This document shows, piece after piece, positions 53,353 through 62,043 of a stretch of DNA of 64,000 bases. How positions within the stretch are numbered: position 1 is the first letter of the stretch; every line of letters starts with the position of its first letter. Where the stretch lies: NCBI GenBank assembly GCA_018499985.2, contig JAHBAT020000015.1, positions 17,059 to 81,058 on the forward strand. Direction: 5' to 3'. This DNA is from Candidatus Moraniibacteriota bacterium. Lineage in GTDB: Bacteria; Patescibacteriota; Minisyncoccia; Moranbacterales; UBA1568. The notes below the pieces were generated by a model, which was not told the DNA's origin, did not search any database, and worked only from the letters and a program-made list of their open reading frames with translations. The translations under genes were made by a program, and so were the position numbers.

Positions 53353-53530
53353 CGACAGGTCCCTCGCCTCGTACCATAGAGGAAAAAGTATCAGAAGAAA
53401 ACTATACATAAGCCGCTAGGCGGCAGAAAAATAGTAAAGCAAGAAAGAAGAACCTCTGATAATGGTTCAGGGTTGATTCTTTTGGTATTTTCTGGCATAC
53501 TAGTCATTCAACTAAAAAAGTCCAGAGAAA

Positions 53531-55174
53531 ATGCTTACCGTCAAAAATATTCGCAAAATGGTGGGAGGACAGAGGGTCTTAAATAAGGCTTCTTTTTCGC
53601 TTGGAGAAGGACAAAAAGCAGCTCTAGTGGGTCTTAATGGTGTCGGTAAATCTACCCTTCTGCGGATTGTTTCTGGTATCGAGTCAGCCGATCAGGGCTC
53701 TATCACAAAGCCAAATCGTGTTCTTATGGGATATCTTCCACAGGAAGCGGTAGCAGAAGAGGATCTGACTATCGAAGAGTATCTGCGTCATATGGCGGGT
53801 CTTGCTCAGATTGAAGAGGAGTTAGACATACTCAAGATACGCCTAGATGAACCAGAGGCGCAGGAAGAGTATGATGTGCTTATGACTGAGTTTGAGCGTC
53901 TAGGTGGTTATGAGTTTGAGCGTCGTATGCAACGTGTCATCACAGGTCTTCGTATCAAAGAGATTGATAAAACGCGCTCTATCCTGACCTTGTCTGGTGG
54001 TGAGCGTCGCAAGATAGCTTTGGCTGGAGTATTGCTTCGTGGTGTGGATATGCTCCTTCTCGATGAGCCGACCAATAATCTGGATATGCCAGCGCTTCTT
54101 TTTTTGGAAAACTGGCTCAAACAAAATAAGAAAACTACTTGCCTTATCGCTTCACATGACCGTCGTTTCTTGGATGCAGTAGTGACCAAGGTGATAGAGA
54201 TTGACTGGTATCGTCGAGATACACAAATCTTTACTGGTAACTGGAGTCAGTTTGAAGAGGTCAAAGAGCATGCACGACGTAGTCACAATGAGCAGTATCG
54301 TCTCCAAGAAGAAGAGCGCGCTCGTCTGACAGAATCCAAAGCACAGAAGATTGATTGGGTGACTCGTGTTTGGGATAAGAAAAAGCGCGACCACGACAAG
54401 ATGGTGGATCATTTCAAAAAAGAACGTGCTGCCAAAAAATTCTCTGCCTCAGCTAGAGCGCTTGAGGGACGAGAAAAGCGCATGACTAAAATAGAGAAGC
54501 TTGTTGAGCGTGAGCCGCTTGAACTCGATTTCTACGAGCCAGAAGAAGTACTTGCAAAGATGTTTGCAGTAGACCTTAATCAGGTGACTGTCGGTTATCT
54601 TGGGGCATTTAGTGTGGGGCCCATAGATTGGCATATAAGCTATGGAGAAAAAATTGCCCTGCTTGGTGATAACGGTGCCGGAAAGACCACACTTCTCCGA
54701 GCAGTGACAGGAGATTTGGCTCCGCTTTCTGGCGAAGTCGCTATCGGCGAAGAGGTTAAAATCGGGTACCTTATTCAGGAGCATGATTTATTACTACAAA
54801 ATGAAAACTTGAAGTTAGAGGAATATTTGAAGTCACGCCTGCCGCATGAGCTTCATGAGAGAATACCGACACTGATTGGTATTTACCAGCTTTCGCCACT
54901 TTTCTTGTCACAGAAGATGAAGCATCTCTCTCCTGGAGAACGTATGCGAGTCCTTCTGCTTATTCTTGTAGAACAAAAAGCCAATTTTCTTCTCCTTGAT
55001 GAACCTACCAATCACTTAGACCTAGAGTCTATCCAGGCTTTCGAAGAAGCGGTCAACGCTTTTCCTGGTACGGTGATAGTAGTTACTCACGATCGTATGT
55101 TTCTCGAAGCCATAGACCTGACCCAGGTAGCAGTGCTCCGAGATGGCCAGCTTGAAATAGAGATGAAGACTTAA
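53531..55174 (+). CDS. ABC-F family ATPase (two ABC cassettes, no TM domain)
   Basis: Walker A GLNGVGKST and GDNGAGKTT. Signatures LSGGERRKIALA and LSPGERMRVLL. A charged linker joins the two cassettes. Confidence 0.9.
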   Translation: MLTVKNIRKMVGGQRVLNKASFSLGEGQKAALVGLNGVGKSTLLRIVSGIESADQGSITKPNRVLMGYLPQEAVAEEDLTIEEYLRHMAGLAQIEEELDILKIRLDEPEAQEEYDVLMTEFERLGGYEFERRMQRVITGLRIKEIDKTRSILTLSGGERRKIALAGVLLRGVDMLLLDEPTNNLDMPALLFLENWLKQNKKTTCLIASHDRRFLDAVVTKVIEIDWYRRDTQIFTGNWSQFEEVKEHARRSHNEQYRLQEEERARLTESKAQKIDWVTRVWDKKKRDHDKMVDHFKKERAAKKFSASARALEGREKRMTKIEKLVEREPLELDFYEPEEVLAKMFAVDLNQVTVGYLGAFSVGPIDWHISYGEKIALLGDNGAGKTTLLRAVTGDLAPLSGEVAIGEEVKIGYLIQEHDLLLQNENLKLEEYLKSRLPHELHERIPTLIGIYQLSPLFLSQKMKHLSPGERMRVLLLILVEQKANFLLLDEPTNHLDLESIQAFEEAVNAFPGTVIVVTHDRMFLEAIDLTQVAVLRDGQLEIEMKT

Positions 55175-55236
55175 AGCACTGGATTTTCCAGTGTTTTTTG
55201 TTTTGCGGTATACTTAGAAGAACATAAGAATAGCCT

Positions 55237-58200
55237 ATGCAATATACAAAAAACTTCACAGAGCTTGGTAAAAATGATGCTCATCTTGCTGGGGGTAAGG
55301 GAGCTTCTTTGGGTGAAATGACACAAGCTGGTATCCCGGTACCTGGTGGCTACGTAGTTCTTGCTGATACTTTTGATATTTTTCTTAAGGAAACGGATTT
55401 GGTGCAAGAAATAGACGCTATTCTCGATGGAGTCAATCATGAAGCTATTCATACAGTAGAGAAAGCTTCGGAGGATATTCAGAGCCTTATTCTTTCTCGC
55501 CCCATGCCAGAGGCAATACAAAAAGAAATTCAAGAAAAATTTCAAGCACTTGGAAGCCAGTATGTAGCAGTACGTAGTAGTGCTACTGCTGAGGATGGTG
55601 CAGATCATGCCTGGGCAGGCCAGCTTGATAGTTTTCTCAATACCACAGAGGGTGATTTGATAGAGAAGGTGAGACGGTGTTGGGCATCACTCTTTACACC
55701 ACGAGCTATCTTTTATCGTTTTGAAAAAGGTCTCCATACGACTCATATCTCGGTAGCGGTCGTAGTACAGAGTATGGTCAATAGTGAGAAGAGTGGTATT
55801 GCCTTCTCTGTTCATCCAGTGACCGAAGACTACAACCAGCTCATTATCGAAGCTGGCTTTGGACTGGGCGAGGCGATTGTCTCCGGATCAGTCACACCAG
55901 ATAGCTATGTAGTAGAGAAGTCACCACGAAACATCATAGATATCAATGTCAGCCATCAGAGTCGCGCGCTCTATCGTATTGAAGGTGGAGGAAGTGAATG
56001 GCGAGAGCTCTCAGAGTCTGTTGGTAATTCACAGGTGCTTACGGAGATAGATATTCAAGAACTTTCTGATATTATCGTTCGTATCGAGAATCACTACGGT
56101 TTTCCTTGTGATATCGAATGGGCTTATGAGAACAAGACATTTTATATTGTCCAAAGTCGCCCGATTACGACTCTGACTCCAAAAAATGAGATAAATAAAA
56201 AGGAAGACTTAATTCCACTGACCAAGGAAAATACAGTATTCACTTTTGAGTCTACGGGAACCACCTTTCTTTTTGAGGATATTGTCTCTCATCACTATAT
56301 CCAGTGGGAGTGTATTCGGGTTGCTAAGGCTGACAATGTGAGGGTCTTTGTGAAAAAAGAAGAAGTTGCCCGGATGAATGAGGAGGGAGCAAAAATGACG
56401 CGAGCTTTTTTGGAAGAGAAGGTCGCTCTTATGCAAGAGGCAAGTGACTATATGGATAAGTATACCGATGAGCTTAAGGGCAAGGAAACACTCACACGAG
56501 AAGAATTGCAAGATTTTTTTCAGCCGCTAGAAGTGATTTGTGACAACTATTCTTTTTTTGATATTCACTACTCGGATGGCATGGTAAGAGGTGGAGAGTT
56601 TTCTGAGGCAGGAGGGTATGTCCAGGAGACCAAGAATTTTTTGAGAGATGTCCTCGGAAAACCTTTTTTCCAAAAAGATGGCTGGATGAGACTTGGTCTA
56701 GAGGTGCTAGCAAAACAATTTTCTGTTCCAGAGGAAGCACTTGAGTGGTACACCAAGAAAGATATTGAAAATCTGTTTGAGGACAAAAGGGTCAGTGACG
56801 AAATCCTTGTGAGTCGCAAGCTCGCAAGTGTTCTTTATCGAGATAAAGAGGGTACTCAGCAGGTAACCATGACCGGTGAAGATGCGTTGAAAATCTTTGA
56901 GTCTTTTGAAGAAAAAGATATAGACAAAGAGAAGGTTCAGGGTGTAGTAGCTCATAAAGGGATGGGTACTATCCGAGGGAAGGTAAGATTGGTCAAAAAG
57001 GATTTTTCTGACCCAAGTTTTCTTTTGCGAGTAGCAGAGGAATTTGAAGAGGGGTCGGTACTCGTGACCGATACCACTGATCCTGACTTTCTCCCGATTA
57101 TGAAGAAGTCAGGTGCTATCGTGACTGATATCGGCGGTATGCTTTCACATGCTTCTATTACTTCGCGTGAGCTCAATAAATTGTGCGTAGTAGGAACTGT
57201 AAGCGCAACCAAAGTCTTCAAAGACGGAGACTTAGTAGAAGTAGACGCTGATAATGGGGTAGTGAGAAAAATTGAGAACAATTCTTTTAAGCCAGAAGAC
57301 TATTCTCGCATGTTTGCCGGACCATCTTTTGCCATGCTTTTCTCTGATATTTTTCTTAGGAGTACCTACGGTCAGATGGGAGTGATTTCTGTGCAAAACT
57401 CGGAGCAGTGGATGTCTTTTATTCCAAAGACTACCCAGAGCGAGACTGAAAAAATAGGAAAAACTTTATATGAAGAGGAGAATCAATACATTGATTATAG
57501 AGATTCCTTCGAACTGTACATGTCTCAAGCAGAGGGATATTTTAGAAGTGTACTAGAGAAAGAAGATAGTATCACAAAGGAATTAGCGAAAGAGTTCCTT
57601 GTTAAAGCTTCAGAACATTTTAATTATTATCAAAAAACAGAATTCTTTTATACAGATAAAATTGATACTGGAAAAATGATTCCAAGTGTCAAGGAATTTG
57701 ATGAATTAAAACTGAAGGGAAGATCTTTCTTAAATAAGCTTCTTTTTGAAGATGAAGGCTATCTCAAGAGTTTTGTAAAAAAAGTTTCTCTGCAAGCTAA
57801 TGTCGATGCCGCAAATGTGTATATGTACTCTGTTGATGAGTTTTGTGAATTACTAGAGGGTAATGTTTTGGATGAGAAAATTCTTGAAGATCGAAAAAAA
57901 GGATTTATTATTTCTGGGCGAGAGATTTTTGCTGGTGAAGGAATAGCCGAGAATATCGAGATATTATTTGCAAGTTATAAGCATGTAACGAAAGAAATTC
58001 AAGGAACAATAGCGAGTCCAGGCAGGGTAACTGGTAATGCAAGGGTACTTGTATCTGATTTCAATGATTTTGACAAAGTGGCTTTGGAAGTAGCTAAGAT
58101 GGAAGAAGGTGAAATACTGATCGCAGAAACGACCAGTCCGGAGATTATTTTGGCTTGCAAAAAAGCGGCCGCTATCGTCACAAATCAAGGTGGCATGCTT

Positions 58201-58344
58201 TCTCATGCAGCTATTGTTTCGCGTGAGCTTGGTATCCCGTGTGTTATAGGCACAAAAGCAGATGTTCTTCTTAATATCAAAACAGGTGATAGAGTAGAAG
58301 TCGATGCTGATAATGGACTAGTGAGAATTCTTAATGAAGAATAA
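55237..58344 (+). CDS. PEP-synthase/PPDK-type ATP-grasp (PPDK_N) protein with two phosphohistidine swivel domains and no PEP/pyruvate TIM barrel
   Basis: N-terminus AGGKGASLGEMTQAGIPVPGG...VAVRSSATAEDGADHAWAGQ...CDIEWAYENKTFYIVQSRPIT. Swivel 1 is TDIGGMLSHASITSRELNKLCVVGT (His codon near 57148). Swivel 2 is TNQGGMLSHAAIVSRELGIPCVIGT (His codon near 58204). Confidence 0.85.
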   Translation: MQYTKNFTELGKNDAHLAGGKGASLGEMTQAGIPVPGGYVVLADTFDIFLKETDLVQEIDAILDGVNHEAIHTVEKASEDIQSLILSRPMPEAIQKEIQEKFQALGSQYVAVRSSATAEDGADHAWAGQLDSFLNTTEGDLIEKVRRCWASLFTPRAIFYRFEKGLHTTHISVAVVVQSMVNSEKSGIAFSVHPVTEDYNQLIIEAGFGLGEAIVSGSVTPDSYVVEKSPRNIIDINVSHQSRALYRIEGGGSEWRELSESVGNSQVLTEIDIQELSDIIVRIENHYGFPCDIEWAYENKTFYIVQSRPITTLTPKNEINKKEDLIPLTKENTVFTFESTGTTFLFEDIVSHHYIQWECIRVAKADNVRVFVKKEEVARMNEEGAKMTRAFLEEKVALMQEASDYMDKYTDELKGKETLTREELQDFFQPLEVICDNYSFFDIHYSDGMVRGGEFSEAGGYVQETKNFLRDVLGKPFFQKDGWMRLGLEVLAKQFSVPEEALEWYTKKDIENLFEDKRVSDEILVSRKLASVLYRDKEGTQQVTMTGEDALKIFESFEEKDIDKEKVQGVVAHKGMGTIRGKVRLVKKDFSDPSFLLRVAEEFEEGSVLVTDTTDPDFLPIMKKSGAIVTDIGGMLSHASITSRELNKLCVVGTVSATKVFKDGDLVEVDADNGVVRKIENNSFKPEDYSRMFAGPSFAMLFSDIFLRSTYGQMGVISVQNSEQWMSFIPKTTQSETEKIGKTLYEEENQYIDYRDSFELYMSQAEGYFRSVLEKEDSITKELAKEFLVKASEHFNYYQKTEFFYTDKIDTGKMIPSVKEFDELKLKGRSFLNKLLFEDEGYLKSFVKKVSLQANVDAANVYMYSVDEFCELLEGNVLDEKILEDRKKGFIISGREIFAGEGIAENIEILFASYKHVTKEIQGTIASPGRVTGNARVLVSDFNDFDKVALEVAKMEEGEILIAETTSPEIILACKKAAAIVTNQGGMLSHAAIVSRELGIPCVIGTKADVLLNIKTGDRVEVDADNGLVRILNEE

Positions 58345-59440
58345 TTTTATGAAACAACTACCGGAAGATTACAAAAAGTTTTTTACGGCAGAATGTGAGA
58401 TTACATGTCTTCATTGCGATTTTCTTATGAGGCGGAGTCCGCTCGCAGCTGCTGATTTACTTGCTTTCAATAAAGAACTTGAGTTTCATGTATTTCTTCG
58501 CAAAGATAAGGAATATCGCTGTGCTGAGGAGGGAATAAATCTCTTTTTTGATGATCAACGCTACGAGCAATTTCTCTCTGATTTCAAGGCATATGCAGAT
58601 GAGGCTTTGCATGATTTTGTCCCAAAGTGGAGTCAGATTCCAGAAACCCTGACGAAAGAAGAGTTTATAGAGGCAACTGATTTCCTTGGAAAGCTCTGGT
58701 ATTTTTATGGGTTCACAGAATTCCCTTTTATTGATAAGGCTTACGAAAAGGCCAAGGCAGAAGGAAATGAAGATGTGCAGAAAAGACTGGAAGATTTTGG
58801 GCAATTTAAATTTACTGGACGTGAGGTGCTCAATGCTTTTTGGTTTGCTGGTGGGCCTATTCCAAATATCCTTCTTGGGGTATCAAGTATGTTTCTCTCG
58901 GGAGATGATGCAAAGTTTCTCTTCTTAGATGAACTCCTTGCTTTGTTTGATGGCTGGCGTCCAGATCCAGAGTTAGTTTTGAAACGAAGAGAGTACTACG
59001 GTATGAATGTAACTGCTAGTGTGCCCGAGATTCTAAGCTTTGAGCAAGCAAAAGAACTCTATACGTCATTTACACAATTATCTGACGATTTGATTATAAA
59101 AGGCGTGACCGCCAATAAGGGTAAAGCCACTGGGAGAGTAATTATTGCACCGATGCTTAATGATCATGGAGCGATTGCCATACTTGATTCCCGGATGGAA
59201 AAAGGAGATATTCTTGTTGCAGAAAGTACGAGTCCTGATCTTATGTCACTTTGTCGTAAGGCGAGTGCTATCGTGGCTGATCAAGGAGGGCTGCTTTCGC
59301 ATGCGGCCATAGTCTCTCGAGAGCTCGGGGTGCCCTGTGTTATTCAGGCTGGAGCAGCTACTCGAAGACTCAAAGACGGTGACTTAGTGGAAGTGGATGC
59401 GGATAAGGGGATAGTAACTATTTTAGAAAGAGTAGTATAA
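58334..59440 (+). CDS. Helical domain plus phosphohistidine swivel (PEP-utilising mobile domain) protein
   Basis: The C-terminus reads VADQGGLLSHAAIVSRELGVPCVIQ...DGDLVEVDADKGIV. The N-terminal 250 aa or so resemble the inter-swivel regions of the upstream protein. The ORF overlaps the upstream stop by 11 nt; an alternative ATG is at 58349. Confidence 0.8.
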   Translation: MKNNFMKQLPEDYKKFFTAECEITCLHCDFLMRRSPLAAADLLAFNKELEFHVFLRKDKEYRCAEEGINLFFDDQRYEQFLSDFKAYADEALHDFVPKWSQIPETLTKEEFIEATDFLGKLWYFYGFTEFPFIDKAYEKAKAEGNEDVQKRLEDFGQFKFTGREVLNAFWFAGGPIPNILLGVSSMFLSGDDAKFLFLDELLALFDGWRPDPELVLKRREYYGMNVTASVPEILSFEQAKELYTSFTQLSDDLIIKGVTANKGKATGRVIIAPMLNDHGAIAILDSRMEKGDILVAESTSPDLMSLCRKASAIVADQGGLLSHAAIVSRELGVPCVIQAGAATRRLKDGDLVEVDADKGIVTILERVV

Positions 59441-59448
59441 AAAAGTTT

Positions 59449-59480
59449 AGCCCGGGACCCATTGTTGTGGATCCCGGGCT
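59449..59480. terminator. Hairpin between convergent genes
   Basis: Stem agcccggga (59449-59457) pairs with tcccgggct (59472-59480), 14-nt loop. Confidence 0.55.
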
Positions 59481-59518
59481 TGAACTAGGTTGAGATGGAT
59501 AAGGAAGGAGGGATGATA

Positions 59519-59965
59519 TTATTTTCCCTTCCGCAGCTTATCCAGTAGATCGGTGATGCCTGATAGTGACTGCTCAATATGGTTGGCACAGTCGCGGTAG
59601 GCTTGTTCACCTTGCTGCCAGGGATTGGGCACGCCACCGCCGAGTACGATGATGGGTGCATGACCCTCGCGCATCGCGCAGATAGCATTAGCCTCTTCTT
59701 CGCCGACCGTCAGGATGAGCTGATAATCGCTCAGATCAAGTGCCCCGATGAAACGAGACATGTGACCATCGGCATCGATGCCGCGTTCCCGGAGCTCACT
59801 CTGGGAAAATTCGGCCATAGCTTGACCGGCGGCAGATTCCATGAGACCAGCGCTTTCGACTGAGACATCGGAATACCCGATGATGTCACTCAGTTGATGA
59901 CAGAGCATGCGCTCCATCATGGGGCTGCGGCAGGTGTTGCCAAGGCAAACGCAAAGAACTCTCAT
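59519..59965 (-). CDS. Low-molecular-weight protein-tyrosine-phosphatase/ArsC-fold protein (GC-rich island)
   Basis: 148 aa with the N-terminal P-loop VLCVCLGNTCRSPMME (CX5RS). Where the DPY general-acid motif is expected the sequence reads VPNPW. Confidence 0.8.
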   Translation of the reverse strand: MRVLCVCLGNTCRSPMMERMLCHQLSDIIGYSDVSVESAGLMESAAGQAMAEFSQSELRERGIDADGHMSRFIGALDLSDYQLILTVGEEEANAICAMREGHAPIIVLGGGVPNPWQQGEQAYRDCANHIEQSLSGITDLLDKLRKGK

Positions 59966-60036
59966 TGGGACTCTCCTGTCCTATTGAACAAATGTCAGAG
60001 GTTTAGTCGCAAAAAGTGACATAATTCTAACTTAGA

Positions 60037-60065
60037 ATTATACACCTAAAATTACAAAAAGTCAA
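60037..60065 (-). promoter_or_regulatory. Consensus sigma70 promoter (copy 1 of a duplicated 31-nt module) for the LMW-PTP gene
   Basis: The minus strand reads TTGACT (60060-60065), a 17-nt spacer, then TATAAT (60037-60042). Confidence 0.6.
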
Positions 60066-60090
60066 TAGTATATTCATCAGTATAAAAATG

Positions 60091-60132
60091 AAAACGCGAG
60101 GCCTCGGATGATTCCGAAGTCTCGCGTTTTTT
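60091..60132. terminator. Hairpin terminator downstream of the 60160-60801 ORF
   Basis: Stem aaaacgcgag (60091-60100) pairs with ctcgcgtttt (60121-60130). T-runs follow on either strand. Confidence 0.65.
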
Positions 60133-60159
60133 GTTGGGACGTGGCCCAGGGTTATATGG

Positions 60160-60801
60160 TTAGCTTGCGCCAACCAATTCATTCCAGCCAACTTGCTCCA
60201 TCGAAGTCGGTAAGCCCCAGCGTTCATCGACGATGTCGAAGCGGTAGCCGGTCATGGGCTCCAGGGGAGCATCCGTGATGATCTGCTCGCGCATCTTGAT
60301 CGGCATGCCATCCCCGAAGAAGGAGAGAACAAGCTGATTGATGAAGATGGGGCGGCCGATGATCAGCATATGCTTCACGTAGTTACCGGCATTAGTGAAA
60401 CGACGAATGGATTTTGCACCCTCGCGCCCTTCGTAAAGGAGAGCTTGCGAGCAAAATTCACAGTACGCTTCAAGTGGAGCAAGGCCGAGACGCTCCGAGG
60501 CGCTCAGAAGGTCGGTCTTGAAGTTGATCGGAATATAGTCCGATCCATCGAGACCCTTGCTGTCTGCCGGCTGGACCTTTTGTCCAGGTGAGCTGCCGCC
60601 AATGGATTGGAGGCCGAGCGTCTGGATGATGATATCCCGCGCCCTGCGGGCATGTGCTTTCTCTCCGGTCATGATGACCGTGTAGAGATCTTCTCGCTTC
60701 TTGGCGAGCTTGGCGAACCCTTCTGCCTGCGTCTCGCCCAAGGGTGTCAGGTTGCCCTGGGAATCCTGGTCGGGACCGGCGATAAAGGTGATGGTCGGCA
60801 T
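60160..60801 (-). CDS. Hypothetical protein, GC-rich island (weak histidine-phosphatase-fold resemblance; catalytic His residues not evident)
   Basis: 213 aa: ITFIAGPDQDSQGNLTPLGETQAEGFAKL...TGEKAHARRARDII...HMLIIGRPIFINQLV. The layout recalls PGM/SixA-type phosphatases, but the RHG motif reads AGP. Confidence 0.55.
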   Translation of the reverse strand: MPTITFIAGPDQDSQGNLTPLGETQAEGFAKLAKKREDLYTVIMTGEKAHARRARDIIIQTLGLQSIGGSSPGQKVQPADSKGLDGSDYIPINFKTDLLSASERLGLAPLEAYCEFCSQALLYEGREGAKSIRRFTNAGNYVKHMLIIGRPIFINQLVLSFFGDGMPIKMREQIITDAPLEPMTGYRFDIVDERWGLPTSMEQVGWNELVGAS

Positions 60802-60881
60802 GTGGTAGTACCCCCTCTGGTTGTAAGTTGGTGTAGGAACTTGTGTCTATGGAGTGGCCAAATAGGCACCTCAGACTTTCT

Positions 60882-60910
60882 ATTATACACCTAAATTGGT
60901 AAAAAGTCAA
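60882..60910 (-). promoter_or_regulatory. Consensus sigma70 promoter (copy 2 of the duplicated module) for the 60160-60801 ORF
   Basis: The minus strand reads TTGACT (60905-60910), a 17-nt spacer, then TATAAT (60882-60887). Confidence 0.6.
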
Positions 60911-60932
60911 TAAAGAGGAAAAATACTACCTA

Positions 60933-60961
60933 TTGACATTTTGGCCATAAAAGAGTATAGT
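60933..60961 (+). promoter_or_regulatory. Divergent sigma70 promoter for the 61052-61897 ORF
   Basis: TTGACA (60933-60938), 17-nt spacer, TATAGT (60956-60961). Confidence 0.55.
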
Positions 60962-61051
60962 AAGGAGTCTTAGAAAGCTCTCTCCAGAGGGTATATAAGG
61001 CCGCAATTCTCTGGCGTTATAGAGGTACTTTCACAACTGAGGGGTAATACC

Positions 61052-61897
61052 ATGAGTGACAACAACATCGTGCCGGTGCCGGCTGGCGGAGATCTCCAGC
61101 CGATCGGTGGTGGCAGTAATCGGCCGTCGCCCAATCAGGTCGAAGAAGACCACGGCAGCAGGAATCGGCTCATTACCTATGGGGTTTTCGGACTCCTTCT
61201 GCTCGTCGGCGCGCTCCTTTTCTGGCCGCAAGCCAAGGGTGCTGACCTGGTCCATGGCGTGGCGCCGGTTTCGACCAGGCTCCAGTCCATTGCGCCGACC
61301 ATCGAAGATATGGCGCGCATCCAGGACCCGGCTGAGCGCCAGGCGGTGCTCCAGCAGAACTGGCCGCACCTCCAGCGTGACATCATCTACTACCTGCGCG
61401 GTGACGGCAAGATCCGCCAGAACGAGCAGGTGGCCCGGGTGGAATTTCGCTTCGGATCGCTCGAGGGCATCCAGGGGGAATCCGCCAGTCGTGAATATCA
61501 GCGGGGCTACGTCAAGGACGAGCTCATCGCCACGATCTTCGTGACGGGCCGCGAGCCTTTCCACGTCCTGGTCCTCTGCACCAATGGCATGGTGGCGCCG
61601 CTGGATGATGTCCAGGGGCTTCAGCTGGTTGGCAGTCACAATGTGCCGATGGAGCGTTTCACGATCGGTCGTGGCAAGGGGCTGGTTCACTACGTGGACT
61701 ATCCGCTGGCTATCGACCTCGCCGAACGTTTCCGTCTCCCGCTGTATCGCGGGCGTGACCAGCGTGACGCCAATCGCATCACGCCGGCCGAGGCACGGGC
61801 GCTCGAAAACCGCACCGACTGGACGCAAGTCACGGTCGGGGTGAAGGAAGGCGATGTGATCGATCTCCGCACCGGCACCTATACGCCGGCGACCTGA
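61052..61897 (+). CDS. Hypothetical membrane-anchored protein, strongly GC-rich ORFan
   Basis: 281 aa with one TM (LITYGVFGLLLLVGALLFW). G/C-ending codons dominate in this frame. An SD (gagggg) and a promoter lie upstream. A sampled 60-nt line is about 63% G+C. Confidence 0.65.
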   Translation: MSDNNIVPVPAGGDLQPIGGGSNRPSPNQVEEDHGSRNRLITYGVFGLLLLVGALLFWPQAKGADLVHGVAPVSTRLQSIAPTIEDMARIQDPAERQAVLQQNWPHLQRDIIYYLRGDGKIRQNEQVARVEFRFGSLEGIQGESASREYQRGYVKDELIATIFVTGREPFHVLVLCTNGMVAPLDDVQGLQLVGSHNVPMERFTIGRGKGLVHYVDYPLAIDLAERFRLPLYRGRDQRDANRITPAEARALENRTDWTQVTVGVKEGDVIDLRTGTYTPAT

Positions 61898-62043
61898 CCC
61901 CTCTAGACGCTTCGGCGTTAAATCCTCTTTTGAGGTGACACTTTGTATGGCTACGGTCGTGCAGGGTGTCTTTTTTTATCCCAAACTTCTTTTTTTGGCA
62001 GAAATTTGCCTCAGGTAAGGTTTTTGGCTATACTGTGCTCTAT

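Noticed and set aside
61031-61828. 265-aa antisense ORF and two further long ORFs (61056-61544, 61584-61844) overlapping the 61052-61897 gene.
   Set aside because: Multiple open frames are expected in roughly 60% G+C DNA. Only the 61052 frame has an upstream promoter plus SD, a TM helix, and G/C-ending codons dominating third positions.
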